Shown: positions 18,447-28,532 of the stretch, in pieces
How the letters are laid out: the number at the start of each line of letters is the position of its first letter
Position numbering within the stretch: position 1 is the stretch's first letter
From: a virus
Lineage: Duplodnaviria > Caudoviricetes
Strand: one strand, 5' to 3'
IMG/VR virus record: IMGVR_UViG_3300035691_000004
Coordinates: 877-64,876 of that record
Length of the DNA stretch: 64,000 nt
The notes under the pieces: model-generated
Seen by the model: only the letters and a program-made list of their open reading frames with translations
What the model was told of the DNA's origin: nothing
The model's database searches: none
Program-made: the position numbers and the translations under genes

Positions 18447-18665
18447 ATGGGTAAGGTGCTCAGCCTCAGAGAAGCAAAGAACGCCGCGGAAGGCTTTATC
18501 GTGGCCAATGGTGCTCGGGTAAAGCCGCTGCACGGCGAGGTCATGATCGAGATTGACGAGCCGGCCTCGCTGCAAATCAAGCTCACCGTCGAGCACGCGC
18601 GAATCTGGGCCCACGCGCTGCTCAAAGTGGCGAACGCCGTCGAACGCAAGGTCGGGAGGAAGTAG
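18447..18665 (+). CDS. Hypothetical protein
   Basis: MGKVLSLREAK. Confidence 0.5.
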   Translation: MGKVLSLREAKNAAEGFIVANGARVKPLHGEVMIEIDEPASLQIKLTVEHARIWAHALLKVANAVERKVGRK

Positions 18666-18668
18666 CTC

Positions 18669-19115
18669 ATGCCAAAGCAGCTACAGCGCAGACGTGTATC
18701 CGGAACCACTAGACATCCGGGCGCCGGAAAACTGCCGCGCAGCAAGAAGCAGCAGGCGGCGCCAGTTCACAAGATGCGGCTCGTCACGCCGGAGATGCGG
18801 GCCGCCAGAACGCGAAAGCTCGCGCGCACTCCGGGTGCTCACTGGCGTTTCCAAACCGGCGGCTCGCTCGAGGTCAAGGCACGCGGCGGAACGCGTTTCG
18901 AGGATCGGTTTGACGAGGTGGTGGTCGACGACTGGCTGCACGCCGAGATGATGGGCGCTCGCAGCGTGTTCGTTAACGTCGGCGGCCTGGCGCTGTGGCT
19001 GCGCCTCACAAAGGACGGCGCGCGCGTGTCCGGTGCCGAGATTCGCGCTGAGGGCGATGAGCGGAAAGAGCTGGTCAAGGCGCTGAGTGAAGAGCTTAGA
19101 CGAGGTGGAACGTGA
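18669..19115 (+). CDS. Hypothetical protein
   Basis: 148 aa, SD present. Confidence 0.55.
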   Translation: MPKQLQRRRVSGTTRHPGAGKLPRSKKQQAAPVHKMRLVTPEMRAARTRKLARTPGAHWRFQTGGSLEVKARGGTRFEDRFDEVVVDDWLHAEMMGARSVFVNVGGLALWLRLTKDGARVSGAEIRAEGDERKELVKALSEELRRGGT

Positions 19116-19552
19116 CGGAACACATCCACGAGTTCCATTGGTACCCGGCAGCCGCGAACGAGCAGGGATGGAAGTGCTGCTTCTGCGACGAGCGACCGGG
19201 GGAGCCGCCGGGATTCTCGCCGCGACTCGACCGCGAGAGGCTCGACGCCAAGGTGTTCGCGCTGATCGATGAGATGCACAACTCGAAGCTGATTCATGTC
19301 TCGAACGGCAGTGAGGGCGACTACCTGATCGGACAACTACGCAAGCGGTGCGCCGCCGAGGACCGGTTCGACCAGCAGTCGATCTTGCTGTTCCTGCTCG
19401 AGCTCGATACGCAGAGCCACGCCGCCTATTGGCAGAAGATCAGCAACGCGATCCTAGCCGGCAAGGACGAACGCAAGCGCTGCGAGTGCGGGAAGCTCGC
19501 CAACGTGTTCAGCGGCGACAAGGCATTTTGCTCGGAGCACTGGAAGCTATGA
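19112..19552 (+). CDS. Hypothetical protein with Cys pairs
   Basis: 146 aa, coupled. Confidence 0.6.
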   Translation: MTEHIHEFHWYPAAANEQGWKCCFCDERPGEPPGFSPRLDRERLDAKVFALIDEMHNSKLIHVSNGSEGDYLIGQLRKRCAAEDRFDQQSILLFLLELDTQSHAAYWQKISNAILAGKDERKRCECGKLANVFSGDKAFCSEHWKL

Positions 19553-19749
19553 GCAAAGTCCTCCACCCGCCCTTCCCGTCGCGACCCAAGTCCGGAGACC
19601 CCAGTGCCGCCAGTGCCCGCGATGGGCGCGTTCGCTTCGAGTGGCCCGAGCCGATCACGGAGTGGAACCTGTCACCCGAAGACGCTCGAAAGTGGGGCGA
19701 CCGGCTACTCACGTTTGCGGAGACGGCGGAGGAGCAGGCGGATGGCTAG
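19549..19749 (+). CDS. Small hypothetical protein
   Basis: ATGA overlap. Confidence 0.5.
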   Translation: MSKVLHPPFPSRPKSGDPSAASARDGRVRFEWPEPITEWNLSPEDARKWGDRLLTFAETAEEQADG

Positions 19750-20371
19750 CGTGATCTACCGCGACGAGATCTCCGAAGTCGTCCACGGCAATTGCCTGGT
19801 GGCGCCTCGCATCTCGCTGCAACGAGTGAGCGCCTGCGATCTTCCGCTGCCGACTACCGACAGTGAATGGTTGGAGCGGGCGCGCATGCAGTCGGCGCGC
19901 TTTTGGTCGAAGATGGATCGCTCGGACAACGGCGCATGTTGGGCGTGGCTTGCTGGCAAGGATTCGGGCGGCTATGGGAAGTTTCAGATCACTGGACGAG
20001 GCCCGCGTTTCCTGGGTGATCACCCGATACAGAAGCACGTCCGCGCGCACCGGCTCGCCTATGAATTGACTCACGGCCTAGTCAACCAAGAGCTTGTCAT
20101 GCGTCACAGGTGCGACAATCCGCCCTGCTGCAACCCTGCTCATCTGGAGCCCGGAACCCAGAAACAGAATCGACAGGATGCCGTGCAGCGCGGCCGCGAG
20201 CCGCGTGGTGTTCAGAAAACGATCGCCAAGATCGATGAGTCCACGGTCGCGGAGATAAGACGTTTGCGCGAATCTGGCCTGGGCCCGATCAAGATCGCTC
20301 AAGAGCTTGGCCTAACATCAGGCATCGTGTGCGGAGTCTACTACGGTCGCACATGGAGGCACGTGTCGTGA
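19742..20371 (+). CDS. HNH homing endonuclease 2, fused to a methylase N-terminal stub
   Basis: RFWSKMD, CWAW, AHRLAY, MRHRCDNPPCCNPAHLEPGT..N. Confidence 0.92.
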   Translation: MASVIYRDEISEVVHGNCLVAPRISLQRVSACDLPLPTTDSEWLERARMQSARFWSKMDRSDNGACWAWLAGKDSGGYGKFQITGRGPRFLGDHPIQKHVRAHRLAYELTHGLVNQELVMRHRCDNPPCCNPAHLEPGTQKQNRQDAVQRGREPRGVQKTIAKIDESTVAEIRRLRESGLGPIKIAQELGLTSGIVCGVYYGRTWRHVS

Positions 20372-21228
20372 GGCCGTCAGTAATATATTCTGACGAGTCG
20401 TCAGAAGTGTGGCACGCGGACAGCCTAGACCCGCAAACGCCCGAGCTGGTTCTCAAGGGGCGTCCGGCGGATGCACTGATCTTCGACGCGCCTTTTTCGG
20501 CCAAGACGCACGACGGCCACAAGAACGGGAAGCTGACGGCGGACAGGGCGGCGGCGTTTGCTGCCGACCCTGAAAATGACGCGCAGGGTGGCGCGCTCAA
20601 GCGGTACGCCGCGCGCAAGTCCGAAGCCGGCGAGAGCGGACGCCGCGACATCAACTACGACGCGTTCGACGCCGAACAAATCTCCGCATTCTGCGATATC
20701 TGGCTGCCCAACACACGCGGCTGGGTCGTGAGCATCACCGATGATCAGCTCGCCCCGCTCTGGGGCGCCGCATTCGAGGCTGCAGAGCTATACGTGTTCG
20801 CCCCGCTCCCTCTCGTCGAGACCGGCTCGCGTGTCCGGATGACCGGTGATGGGCCGAGCAACTGGACGTGCTGGATCGTGGTTGCTCGCCCGAAGACTCG
20901 CGAGTTTGCGTCTTGGGGAACGCTCCCTGGCGCCTACGTGCAGGCTGCCGAGCGCGACATCAACAGTCACGGCGGGAGCGATCGGATCGTGGGCGGGAAG
21001 CCCGAGCGGGCAATGTGTGGAATCGTCCGCGACTACTCGCGGCGCGGCGATCTCGTTGTCGATCCGTGCGCTGGCGGTGGCACTACCTTGATCGCGGCGA
21101 AGCAGCTCGGCCGGCGATCGCTCGGCATGGAGCTGGACGCGGAACGGGCGAAGCTCTGCGCGAAGCGGCTCGGGATTCGGCGCGAGCAGTTCGACTTGTT
21201 CCAAAGCGAGGCCGCCAATGGGTGGTAG
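20368..21228 (+). CDS. DNA N4/N6 methyltransferase (beta class)
   Basis: DAPF motif IV, GGKP, VVDPCAGGGT. Confidence 0.85.
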   Translation: MRPSVIYSDESSEVWHADSLDPQTPELVLKGRPADALIFDAPFSAKTHDGHKNGKLTADRAAAFAADPENDAQGGALKRYAARKSEAGESGRRDINYDAFDAEQISAFCDIWLPNTRGWVVSITDDQLAPLWGAAFEAAELYVFAPLPLVETGSRVRMTGDGPSNWTCWIVVARPKTREFASWGTLPGAYVQAAERDINSHGGSDRIVGGKPERAMCGIVRDYSRRGDLVVDPCAGGGTTLIAAKQLGRRSLGMELDAERAKLCAKRLGIRREQFDLFQSEAANGW

Positions 21229-21703
21229 GCGCACTCCCCCCACTCCCTTCCGAGTCGACGAGGCGCTGGCTCTCGCCGACGACGTCCTCTCCCGCCCGCC
21301 GGCGCGTCCGCACATCGAGAGGCCGGTAAGGCGGGGAGAGCTTGTGGCGAGGTTCGCGCTGCCGCTTGAGCTGTGCCTCACCACCAACTTCACACGCCAC
21401 GGCCAGGCTTGGCGCCTCGCCAAGCTGAAGAACGACACACTGCTGCTCATGTTGAGCCAGTGTGGCCGCGCGCGCGAGCCGCTCGCAGGGCGCCCCCAGG
21501 TGCTCTGCCTGCGCCTCTCAAGCGCCGAGCCCGACAAGTACAGCGACTGGGCCAAGGTCGCCGTCGACCGGCTCACCAACAAGAACAGCGGACTCGGTTT
21601 CTTGCGCGACGACAAGCCGTCTGCCGCGGAGATTCATCAGTACTGGGAGCCGTGCCCGCCGAAGAAGGGGTGTGTCGTGATTGAGGTTAGGAGCGAGCGA
21701 TGA
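21218..21703 (+). CDS. RusA-like Holliday junction resolvase
   Basis: PD....K.AVDRL...GFLRDD pattern. Confidence 0.6.
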   Translation: MGGRRTPPTPFRVDEALALADDVLSRPPARPHIERPVRRGELVARFALPLELCLTTNFTRHGQAWRLAKLKNDTLLLMLSQCGRAREPLAGRPQVLCLRLSSAEPDKYSDWAKVAVDRLTNKNSGLGFLRDDKPSAAEIHQYWEPCPPKKGCVVIEVRSER

Positions 21704-22353
21704 AAGACCGCGGCGTACGAGGTGACTATGTGGATCGCGCATTCAAGGTTCCGCTGGCGGAGGTCGACACGCGGCCCAGCGTCGGCGCGCTGGTCGATCA
21801 GAAGCGCGCGGTCGCGGACCTGAAGCGGCTCCACGCGCAAAGGCCCATGAAGCCGCCGGTGCGCCACGGAATCCCGACGCTATACCGCGGAACGCTTTTC
21901 CGCAGCCGGCTCGAGGCGACGTGGGCCGCCATGTTCACGGAGCTGAAGATCCCATGGGAGTACGAGCCGCTCGACCTTGCTGGCTACATCCCGGATTTCC
22001 TGCTGAAGTACGAAAAGCACCCGCTGCTGATCGAGATCAAGCCCGCGTGCGAGGACGTCGAGGCGGCGAAGCTCAAGATCGAGTGCTCGGGTTGGGAGCA
22101 TGACGTCGCGATCCTGATCGACGGCGGCTCGAACATCGTCGGGCACATGCGGGACGACGACGTGTGGGATCGGTGCGTCCTTGCCGGCTGCTCGTGCGGC
22201 ATGGCGCAGTTCCTGAGTGAGAGCGGGCGCCATGAGTGTCGTAACTGCGGCGGCGATCGGCGCGAGCTCTGGTTCGCGTTCAACCCCGCGGCAGCGTGGG
22301 CGGACGCCAAGAACAAGACGCAGTGGAACCCGGTGGAGGCGACGATCGAATGA
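21700..22353 (+). CDS. PD-(D/E)XK nuclease-like protein
   Basis: FRSRLEA.WA, WEYEP, YIPDF, IEIKP. Confidence 0.8.
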   Translation: MKDRGVRGDYVDRAFKVPLAEVDTRPSVGALVDQKRAVADLKRLHAQRPMKPPVRHGIPTLYRGTLFRSRLEATWAAMFTELKIPWEYEPLDLAGYIPDFLLKYEKHPLLIEIKPACEDVEAAKLKIECSGWEHDVAILIDGGSNIVGHMRDDDVWDRCVLAGCSCGMAQFLSESGRHECRNCGGDRRELWFAFNPAAAWADAKNKTQWNPVEATIE

Positions 22354-23534
22354 GCGGACGGACTCCCGACGAAGGACGCTACTCGAAGGTCTCCCGCCGC
22401 ATGTGGGACGATCAGAGGTTCCGCGCGCTTTCAAAGCCGCCCCCGAACGCTCAGACGCTGTGGCAGCGATTGCTGACGGGGCCTGAGCTGGGATGCATTC
22501 CAGGCCTGTTCTCGGCCCGCGAGGGTGGCTTGGCCGATGCCCTTGGCTGGCCGGTAGAAGCGTTCCGCGAGTGCTGGAAAGAGATCGCTGGTCAGGACAT
22601 GGCGGAAGCAGACTGGAGAGTCGGGATCGTGTGGCTCCCGAATGCCCTTCAGCACAACGGCCCCACGAGCCCAAACCAAGTGGCGGCATGGCGCAAGGCA
22701 GCAAACGAGCTGCCCGAGTGCCCGCTGCGGCGCAAGGCGATGGCGCACATCGCGCGCATGCTTACCGACAAAGGGCCGGCGTGGATCGCTCCTTGGCGAC
22801 TCGCTGCTGACGCAGATTGGGCCCCAGAAAAGATCCGGAAAGGCACCAGAGACATGGTGCGCGAGCGAGACGGATCGTTCTGCCGCTACTGTGCGCTTCC
22901 GGTGAACTGGAGCGATCGCAAAGGTCCATCCGGGGCTACCTACGATCACGTGGACCCGACTAAGAGTGCGACACCAGACAACATTGTTGTGTCGTGCCGT
23001 GCCTGCAATTCCCAGAAGGGATTCAGGACACCTGCAGAAGCTGGGATGGTTTTGATCCAGATCGGATCTAGATCAGAACTGCTTAATAATCTGGGCACGA
23101 GTCGCAATCAGACTCAGACTCATAAACAAGAATCAGGATCAAGATCGGATCCAGCGGCGGGTCCAACGCTCGCGGACCGTGCGCGCGGCGTGCTCGAGAA
23201 TCCGCACGACGGCCAGTGGCAGAACCCTTCGCGCTGGCCGGAGGTCGTCGCGATTGCCAAGGCTTGGAGCGAACCTTTCGGCATCAAAGACCCGAAGCTA
23301 AGGGATTTTCCCGATGGCGATCGCGACCTCAAGGCGATTTTGCTGGCGCTTGCCGACGGATACGCGGCCGAAGAATTGGTCTCACTCGGCGCAAAAGCTG
23401 CGGCGGATCCGTGGTTCAAAGGCCTGAACAAGCCCGGGCCGAGCACCTTCAGCGCGGTTGTGATCCGGCGACTTCTCGCCGATCGTCCACAGCCCGCGAA
23501 AGCAGAAGCCGACGACGCTTCGGGGTGGGCATGA
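22350..23534 (+). CDS. Replication initiator with internal HNH domain
   Basis: Initiator-like N-terminus (MWDDQRFRALS), RDGSFCRYC..DHV..NIVVSCRACN; upstream of primase/helicase. Confidence 0.7.
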   Translation: MSGRTPDEGRYSKVSRRMWDDQRFRALSKPPPNAQTLWQRLLTGPELGCIPGLFSAREGGLADALGWPVEAFRECWKEIAGQDMAEADWRVGIVWLPNALQHNGPTSPNQVAAWRKAANELPECPLRRKAMAHIARMLTDKGPAWIAPWRLAADADWAPEKIRKGTRDMVRERDGSFCRYCALPVNWSDRKGPSGATYDHVDPTKSATPDNIVVSCRACNSQKGFRTPAEAGMVLIQIGSRSELLNNLGTSRNQTQTHKQESGSRSDPAAGPTLADRARGVLENPHDGQWQNPSRWPEVVAIAKAWSEPFGIKDPKLRDFPDGDRDLKAILLALADGYAAEELVSLGAKAAADPWFKGLNKPGPSTFSAVVIRRLLADRPQPAKAEADDASGWA

Positions 23535-24568
23535 CGCGTTCGGACATCGCCCACGAGCTCCGCGCAGCATTCCAAGACCCGCGGCAGCTCTGCGATGCGC
23601 TCGGCATCGGCGAGAAGTCCAAGCGCCAGGCTGGCGGCGGGCTCACGATCCTGTGCCCGGCACATGGCGAGCGTACCCCGAGCTGCAGCGTGACCCGCGG
23701 CCCGGACGGGTCGGTACGCGTGCGCTGCTTCGGGTGCGACTTCACGGGAGACGCGCTGACGCTGATCGCCGTCGCGCGCGGGCTGGAGGTACGTGGGCAG
23801 TTTCGGGAGGTGCTCGAGGTCGCGGCCGAGCTCTCTGGGCGGCATGACCTACTCGACGAGCTGCGCGGTACCCAGGGCGCCGCGCCTCGCCAGCCGCCTG
23901 CGCCGCGCGTGATGGCGCCGCCGCCGCCCGAGCGGAGCTACCCGGAGCGGAACGAGCTGGTGCGCCTCTGGAGCGCCTGCACGCCCGTGGCCGAGGACGA
24001 CGACGCCCGGGCCGAGCTCGCTCGCCGTGGGCTCGACCCGTCGCATGTCGGCCGGCTCGAGCTCGCGCGCGTGCTGCCCCCCGACTACTCGCTGCCCACG
24101 TGGGCGCGCTACCAGGGCAGGACCTGGAACGGCACCGGGCACCGGATGATCGTCCGCGCGTGGGACTCGCATGGGCTGTTCCGGTCGGTGCGGGCTTGGC
24201 GGATCGTTCCGGGCGAGAGCCCGAAGCGCCTGCCGCCCGCGGGACGGAAAGCTGCCGAGCTCGTGCTGGCGAACCGCGCCGGCGTCGATATGCTGCGCGG
24301 CAACCCAGTCGGCTCCCGGGTAGTGATCACCGAGGGGGAGCCCGACTGGTGCGTGTGGTCGGCCAAGAACGCCAACGAGCCGGTGATCGGCATCGGGTCA
24401 GGAAGCTGGACACAAGCCTTCGCCGATCGGGTGCCGTATGGGGCCGAGGTCACGATCCGCACGCACCTCGACGTGGCTGGTGAGAAGTACGCGCAGGCGA
24501 TCGTCAAGACGCTGAGCGCTCGGGCTGGCGAGATACGGCGCTTGGCGCTCGAAACGGAGGCGGCATGA
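23531..24568 (+). CDS. DNA primase (CHC2 zinc finger plus TOPRIM)
   Basis: CPAHGERTPSC..CFGC; ITEGEPD. Confidence 0.85.
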   Translation: MTRSDIAHELRAAFQDPRQLCDALGIGEKSKRQAGGGLTILCPAHGERTPSCSVTRGPDGSVRVRCFGCDFTGDALTLIAVARGLEVRGQFREVLEVAAELSGRHDLLDELRGTQGAAPRQPPAPRVMAPPPPERSYPERNELVRLWSACTPVAEDDDARAELARRGLDPSHVGRLELARVLPPDYSLPTWARYQGRTWNGTGHRMIVRAWDSHGLFRSVRAWRIVPGESPKRLPPAGRKAAELVLANRAGVDMLRGNPVGSRVVITEGEPDWCVWSAKNANEPVIGIGSGSWTQAFADRVPYGAEVTIRTHLDVAGEKYAQAIVKTLSARAGEIRRLALETEAA

Positions 24569-25602
24569 CGGCGGCGAAGGACGATGCGGACCGGAACGCA
24601 GCGGGCAGCCTCGACGCGAACGCGCGAGCCAATACGAAGGTTGTGGCGCTGCCCGTGCCGCGCGTGCTCACTGTCAAGGACCTGCTCACATCCTCGCGCG
24701 AGCGAGCGTTCAACAGCGACCGCCCCGACGTCTGCACGACAGGTCATTACAAGCTCGACCGGATCACGGGTGGGATCCGCAAGGGTTTCTCTTGGCTGTT
24801 CGGCGCCGACACAAGCTTCGGGAAATCGTCCTGGCTGATCTCGGTCACGGACGAGAACATCAAGGCCAAGAAGCGCGTGCTCATCGTGTCGAGCGAGGAC
24901 GACGAGAGCATGTACGGCGACCGGCTGATGGTGCGCCGCTCCGGCGTGAATGCGCTCAGATTCCGCGACGGCAAGATGCAGCGCGAGGAATACCAGGCCG
25001 TGCTCGAAGCCGAGAAGCGCGCCGAACCGCTGCCCGTGTTCGTGGACGCCCGCCGGTGGCCCGTCGAGGACCTGGCGGGGCACCTCAAGATCATCATCGC
25101 CGAGCAGAAGATCGACGTCGTGGCGTTCGACTACATCCAGGAGTTTCGCTCCAAGAAGCGTTGGCAGGACGAGCGTGTGAAGTTCAAGGAGATCGCGTCC
25201 GTCCTACGGCACGTCGCCAAGGATGCGAAGGTCGCGTCACTCCTGTTCTCGCAGCTCACGTTGTCGGAGAACACGAAGATCCCGACGCGAGCGAACATCC
25301 GCGAGTGCCGCGACATCGCGAACGCCTCCGAAGTGATCCTGATCGGGTTCGAGGCGAGCAAGGCAGAAGAGAAAGACGGTCGCGTCATCGTCGAGGCAGG
25401 TCAGAAGTGCCTGCTTATCGACAAGTGTAAGAACGGCCCGCGTGGGTGGAAGGTCGGCATGGATTGGGACGAACACACCGCGAGCTTTCGAGCAGTGTTC
25501 GATCCGGAATCCGAGCGCATCCGGCGAATTGCTGGAGACGCAATGGACTGGAACCCAGACGAGTACGTCGACAACCGCCTCCCACCCGGAGACCGCGAAT
25601 GA
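24565..25602 (+). CDS. dnaB: DnaB-like replicative helicase
   Basis: LDRITGG, Walker A ADTSFGKS, FDYIQ, SQL, KCKNG. Confidence 0.88.
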   Translation: MTAAKDDADRNAAGSLDANARANTKVVALPVPRVLTVKDLLTSSRERAFNSDRPDVCTTGHYKLDRITGGIRKGFSWLFGADTSFGKSSWLISVTDENIKAKKRVLIVSSEDDESMYGDRLMVRRSGVNALRFRDGKMQREEYQAVLEAEKRAEPLPVFVDARRWPVEDLAGHLKIIIAEQKIDVVAFDYIQEFRSKKRWQDERVKFKEIASVLRHVAKDAKVASLLFSQLTLSENTKIPTRANIRECRDIANASEVILIGFEASKAEEKDGRVIVEAGQKCLLIDKCKNGPRGWKVGMDWDEHTASFRAVFDPESERIRRIAGDAMDWNPDEYVDNRLPPGDRE

Positions 25603-25934
25603 ACAAGCTAGGCGCTCCCCGCCACCAGAGCTACCGCTGCACCGCCTGCGGTCACCACAAGGCCCGGGACGAGTTCAAGACCATGCCGAGTGGCGACCGA
25701 GCGCGCCGCTGCATCCCGTGCGACGCGGTGAACGCGAAGCGGGTCAAGCTCCGCCGCGCAATTGGAGCGAGCGACTTCGCGCCGAGCGAGAAAATCTGTA
25801 CGTCCTGCGCGAGCCTGCCCCATCGCGTGGTCGGTCCGAAGTGCCGGACGTGCGGGCTCTTGTATGCGGACGAGCCGAGGGTGGAAGTCGATTGCAATGC
25901 GCGTGGGTTGAGCGCGCTGGCGAGGGCGATGTGA
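25599..25934 (+). CDS. Zinc-finger protein
   Basis: Four CxxC motifs; ATGA overlap. Confidence 0.55.
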   Translation: MNKLGAPRHQSYRCTACGHHKARDEFKTMPSGDRARRCIPCDAVNAKRVKLRRAIGASDFAPSEKICTSCASLPHRVVGPKCRTCGLLYADEPRVEVDCNARGLSALARAM

Positions 25935-26130
25935 GCAATACATCGGACATCGGACTTGGCCTATACCAATTCTTAGCGCGCGAGCTACGAGGGAAAGGCA
26001 TGCGGGTTAGGAGCTCGCACGGAACGATTGTCGTTACCGCGCCGCGCAACTCGACGCCGCTCTACCGAATCACTCGCCGCAAGCCGCGAGTCCCACCCGA
26101 AGCCCGCCCACTCAGCTGGGGGAGGTTGAA

Positions 26131-26364
26131 GTGATCGACCCGAACCGGCTCCTGATCGAATATATGGCCGAGCTTCGCGCGGCCGCTCCAGATGCGGATT
26201 CTGTCACGATCTTCCCGTCGAAGTTCGTCGCGTGGTGCAAAGAGCGCAAGGGCGTCGAAGCGCGCGCCGAGCTGGACCCGCAGCACAAGGGTCGAATCAA
26301 CGTGAGCGTTTCCTGTGAGCTTGCGCGACCCGTGGCGTTTTCGATTCGGGAGACCGCAAAATGA
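26131..26364 (+). CDS. Hypothetical protein
   Basis: GGAGG SD, coupled. Confidence 0.5.
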   Translation: MIDPNRLLIEYMAELRAAAPDADSVTIFPSKFVAWCKERKGVEARAELDPQHKGRINVSVSCELARPVAFSIRETAK

Positions 26365-26825
26365 GCGAATTCGCAACCCACGAAGAATGGCGCGCGCACT
26401 GCGAGAAATTGGCGATGCCGGTTCTAAGTGAGCTGTTCGGGCTCTACCAAAAGATATGTGACGACCCGAAGCCGGGTCAGGTCCTCCCTTCAGATGTGCT
26501 CTCACTGAAGATGGTGATTCACGCGCTGGAGATGCGGACTGGAATCGGCGGGTGGCGCTGCTATCGGGATGGGCCACGCTTGGTTGTCGGTGAGCCGCCG
26601 CGACCTATTCCGCTGGTAAAGCGCTCCGCTACCGATCGTTTCAATGCCGAAGTTTGGATCGCTGGGCGTCGCATTCAAGGCATGCCTGTCGGACACGAGA
26701 CATTCGACAGCGACCTCTGCAGCGAGAAGCTCGCATGCGGCGGAAACTGCCGACTGAACAAGAACCACAGCGGCCCGCACGAGTGCCCCGGAGATACCGA
26801 CGGGCCAGGGAGCTGCCCAGCATGA
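26361..26825 (+). CDS. Hypothetical protein
   Basis: 154 aa, coupled. Confidence 0.5.
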   Translation: MSEFATHEEWRAHCEKLAMPVLSELFGLYQKICDDPKPGQVLPSDVLSLKMVIHALEMRTGIGGWRCYRDGPRLVVGEPPRPIPLVKRSATDRFNAEVWIAGRRIQGMPVGHETFDSDLCSEKLACGGNCRLNKNHSGPHECPGDTDGPGSCPA

Positions 26826-26918
26826 GCTGAAAAGAAAAACCCCGCCCGCCCCGGCAAGGGCTGAGCGGGGTCTCGGCTCCGATGAACCGCACGCCAGTGC
26901 AACCCAAGGAGCCACAAA

Positions 26919-27647
26919 ATGGAGCAGAAAGCAAGCAGCCCCGAGCTGGTCTCGGAGATGCGCGTGCGCGGCGGCAAGTTCGATGCGACGGATCGCGAGC
27001 TTTGGAGCCACGAGCTGGACTGGTGGTTGAACTGTCGCGACGCCGCGTGTGGGTACCGCTCAAGCTTTGCCGCTCAGGTAGCGGCGATCGAGCGGGGCAA
27101 CGCCACCAGCTCAAGCGCGATCGGCGATGACGGCCTCTATGTGCAGCCGTATCACGATGGGCAGGTCGGGATCGGACCGGTACGCGAGGCGGCTTTCGCG
27201 ATCGACCGGAAGATGGTCCGCCGCTGGCGCTGGCTTGCCCAGCAAACGCGCGACGTGCTGTTCGCCCACTACACGGGCGCTTGCCCGGTCGAGGTGAAAG
27301 GTCGTCTCGGAAGGAGCCGCTGGGCGCTAGGCATCGAGGCTCGGCTCGGCAGGCTCGCGGGCGTGGCCGTTCTGCTATCGCGCGGCGAGAAGCTGGCCAA
27401 GGTGCTCGCTGCCTGCGAGCGCGGCGACGACGAGGCGCTGAAGGGCCTGCGCGCACGCGCCGACACCGCGATCCGGACAGCCCACGCGGCATACTACGAA
27501 ATCCAGGCGACCGAAGCAGAGCGATACGCCGAAGGGCTCGAGCCGCTCCCTGCGCCGCCGCTGCCGCGGAACCCGAACGCGCCGATCATGGACGTCCGAA
27601 ACCTGCAACACCAGCACCGCGAGCTGAACTTTGGGGCCGCTGAATGA
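26919..27647 (+). CDS. Hypothetical protein (late-regulator position)
   Basis: AAGGAG SD; near end of early operon. Confidence 0.6.
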   Translation: MEQKASSPELVSEMRVRGGKFDATDRELWSHELDWWLNCRDAACGYRSSFAAQVAAIERGNATSSSAIGDDGLYVQPYHDGQVGIGPVREAAFAIDRKMVRRWRWLAQQTRDVLFAHYTGACPVEVKGRLGRSRWALGIEARLGRLAGVAVLLSRGEKLAKVLAACERGDDEALKGLRARADTAIRTAHAAYYEIQATEAERYAEGLEPLPAPPLPRNPNAPIMDVRNLQHQHRELNFGAAE

Positions 27648-28012
27648 GCCAACAGATCGACCTAAAGCCCGACCAGTGGATGCGTCTCGCGGACGGCGCG
27701 CGGCGTGTAGGTGAACCTGTATGGAAGTTCCGCCGGCGCATGCTCGCGCTCGACGAACACCATGAGGGCAAGCTGCTCCGCTGGGTCGGTCGCGGAAAAA
27801 AACGCAAGCACCGCGAAGTGAGCGCGCAGGCCCTGCTTTTCTATCAGCGCGTGGACATCGAGGCCAAGGACGCCGAGATGGCACAAGTGCGCGCCGAGCT
27901 TGAAGAATTGCGCGTCAGGCAGGAGGCGCAACGCAACTCATTCCTGGCCTTCCGCCGCAAGTCACTCCAGTGGTTCGAGTCGCTCGGAGTCAGGACGCGC
28001 AAGGACGCCTAG
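27644..28012 (+). CDS. Putative DNA-binding coiled-coil protein
   Basis: WMRLADGARRVG HTH-like segment plus coiled coil. Confidence 0.5.
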   Translation: MSQQIDLKPDQWMRLADGARRVGEPVWKFRRRMLALDEHHEGKLLRWVGRGKKRKHREVSAQALLFYQRVDIEAKDAEMAQVRAELEELRVRQEAQRNSFLAFRRKSLQWFESLGVRTRKDA

Positions 28013-28532
28013 GGACTGCCCTCGCGTGATCCAAGTATCGGCCCCCGCGGGTCATGCCCAGAGCCCAGAGGGCGCCCCACCCAAGCGGGCGAACCCGGGC
28101 TCGCACCGGAATGACTTCACCGAACGCGACGCCGCTCCCACCAGAGCCACGGCGCAAACCGAAACGACCTCGCCTCCCCCGCAACTACTCCCTGGTCCTG
28201 CTCAAGCGCTCCCGCGACATCCGGGACGACTTCGCGGAGTGCCAGAGGATGGCGGCGTGGGGGCGGTAGCAGCAAGCAGCTCGTCCGCTCGGATCTTGAA
28301 CGCCGCATGGCTCGCTGGGGATGGCAGCTGCTCGACGATTATGCGCTCGCAAGCTTTGCAGATGCGCTTGCCGGCGTGCTCTCCGTACCAGACGGTGATC
28401 ATGTTTGCGTAGTGCGGATTCGTGCATAGCGAGCAGCGGTTCATCCGGCGAATCTAGCACGACAACAAGCGCGAAAGCGCTCCCAACGCCGGACGCGGCG
28501 GTAAAAACACGGTCAACGGGAGCACGAAAGCG

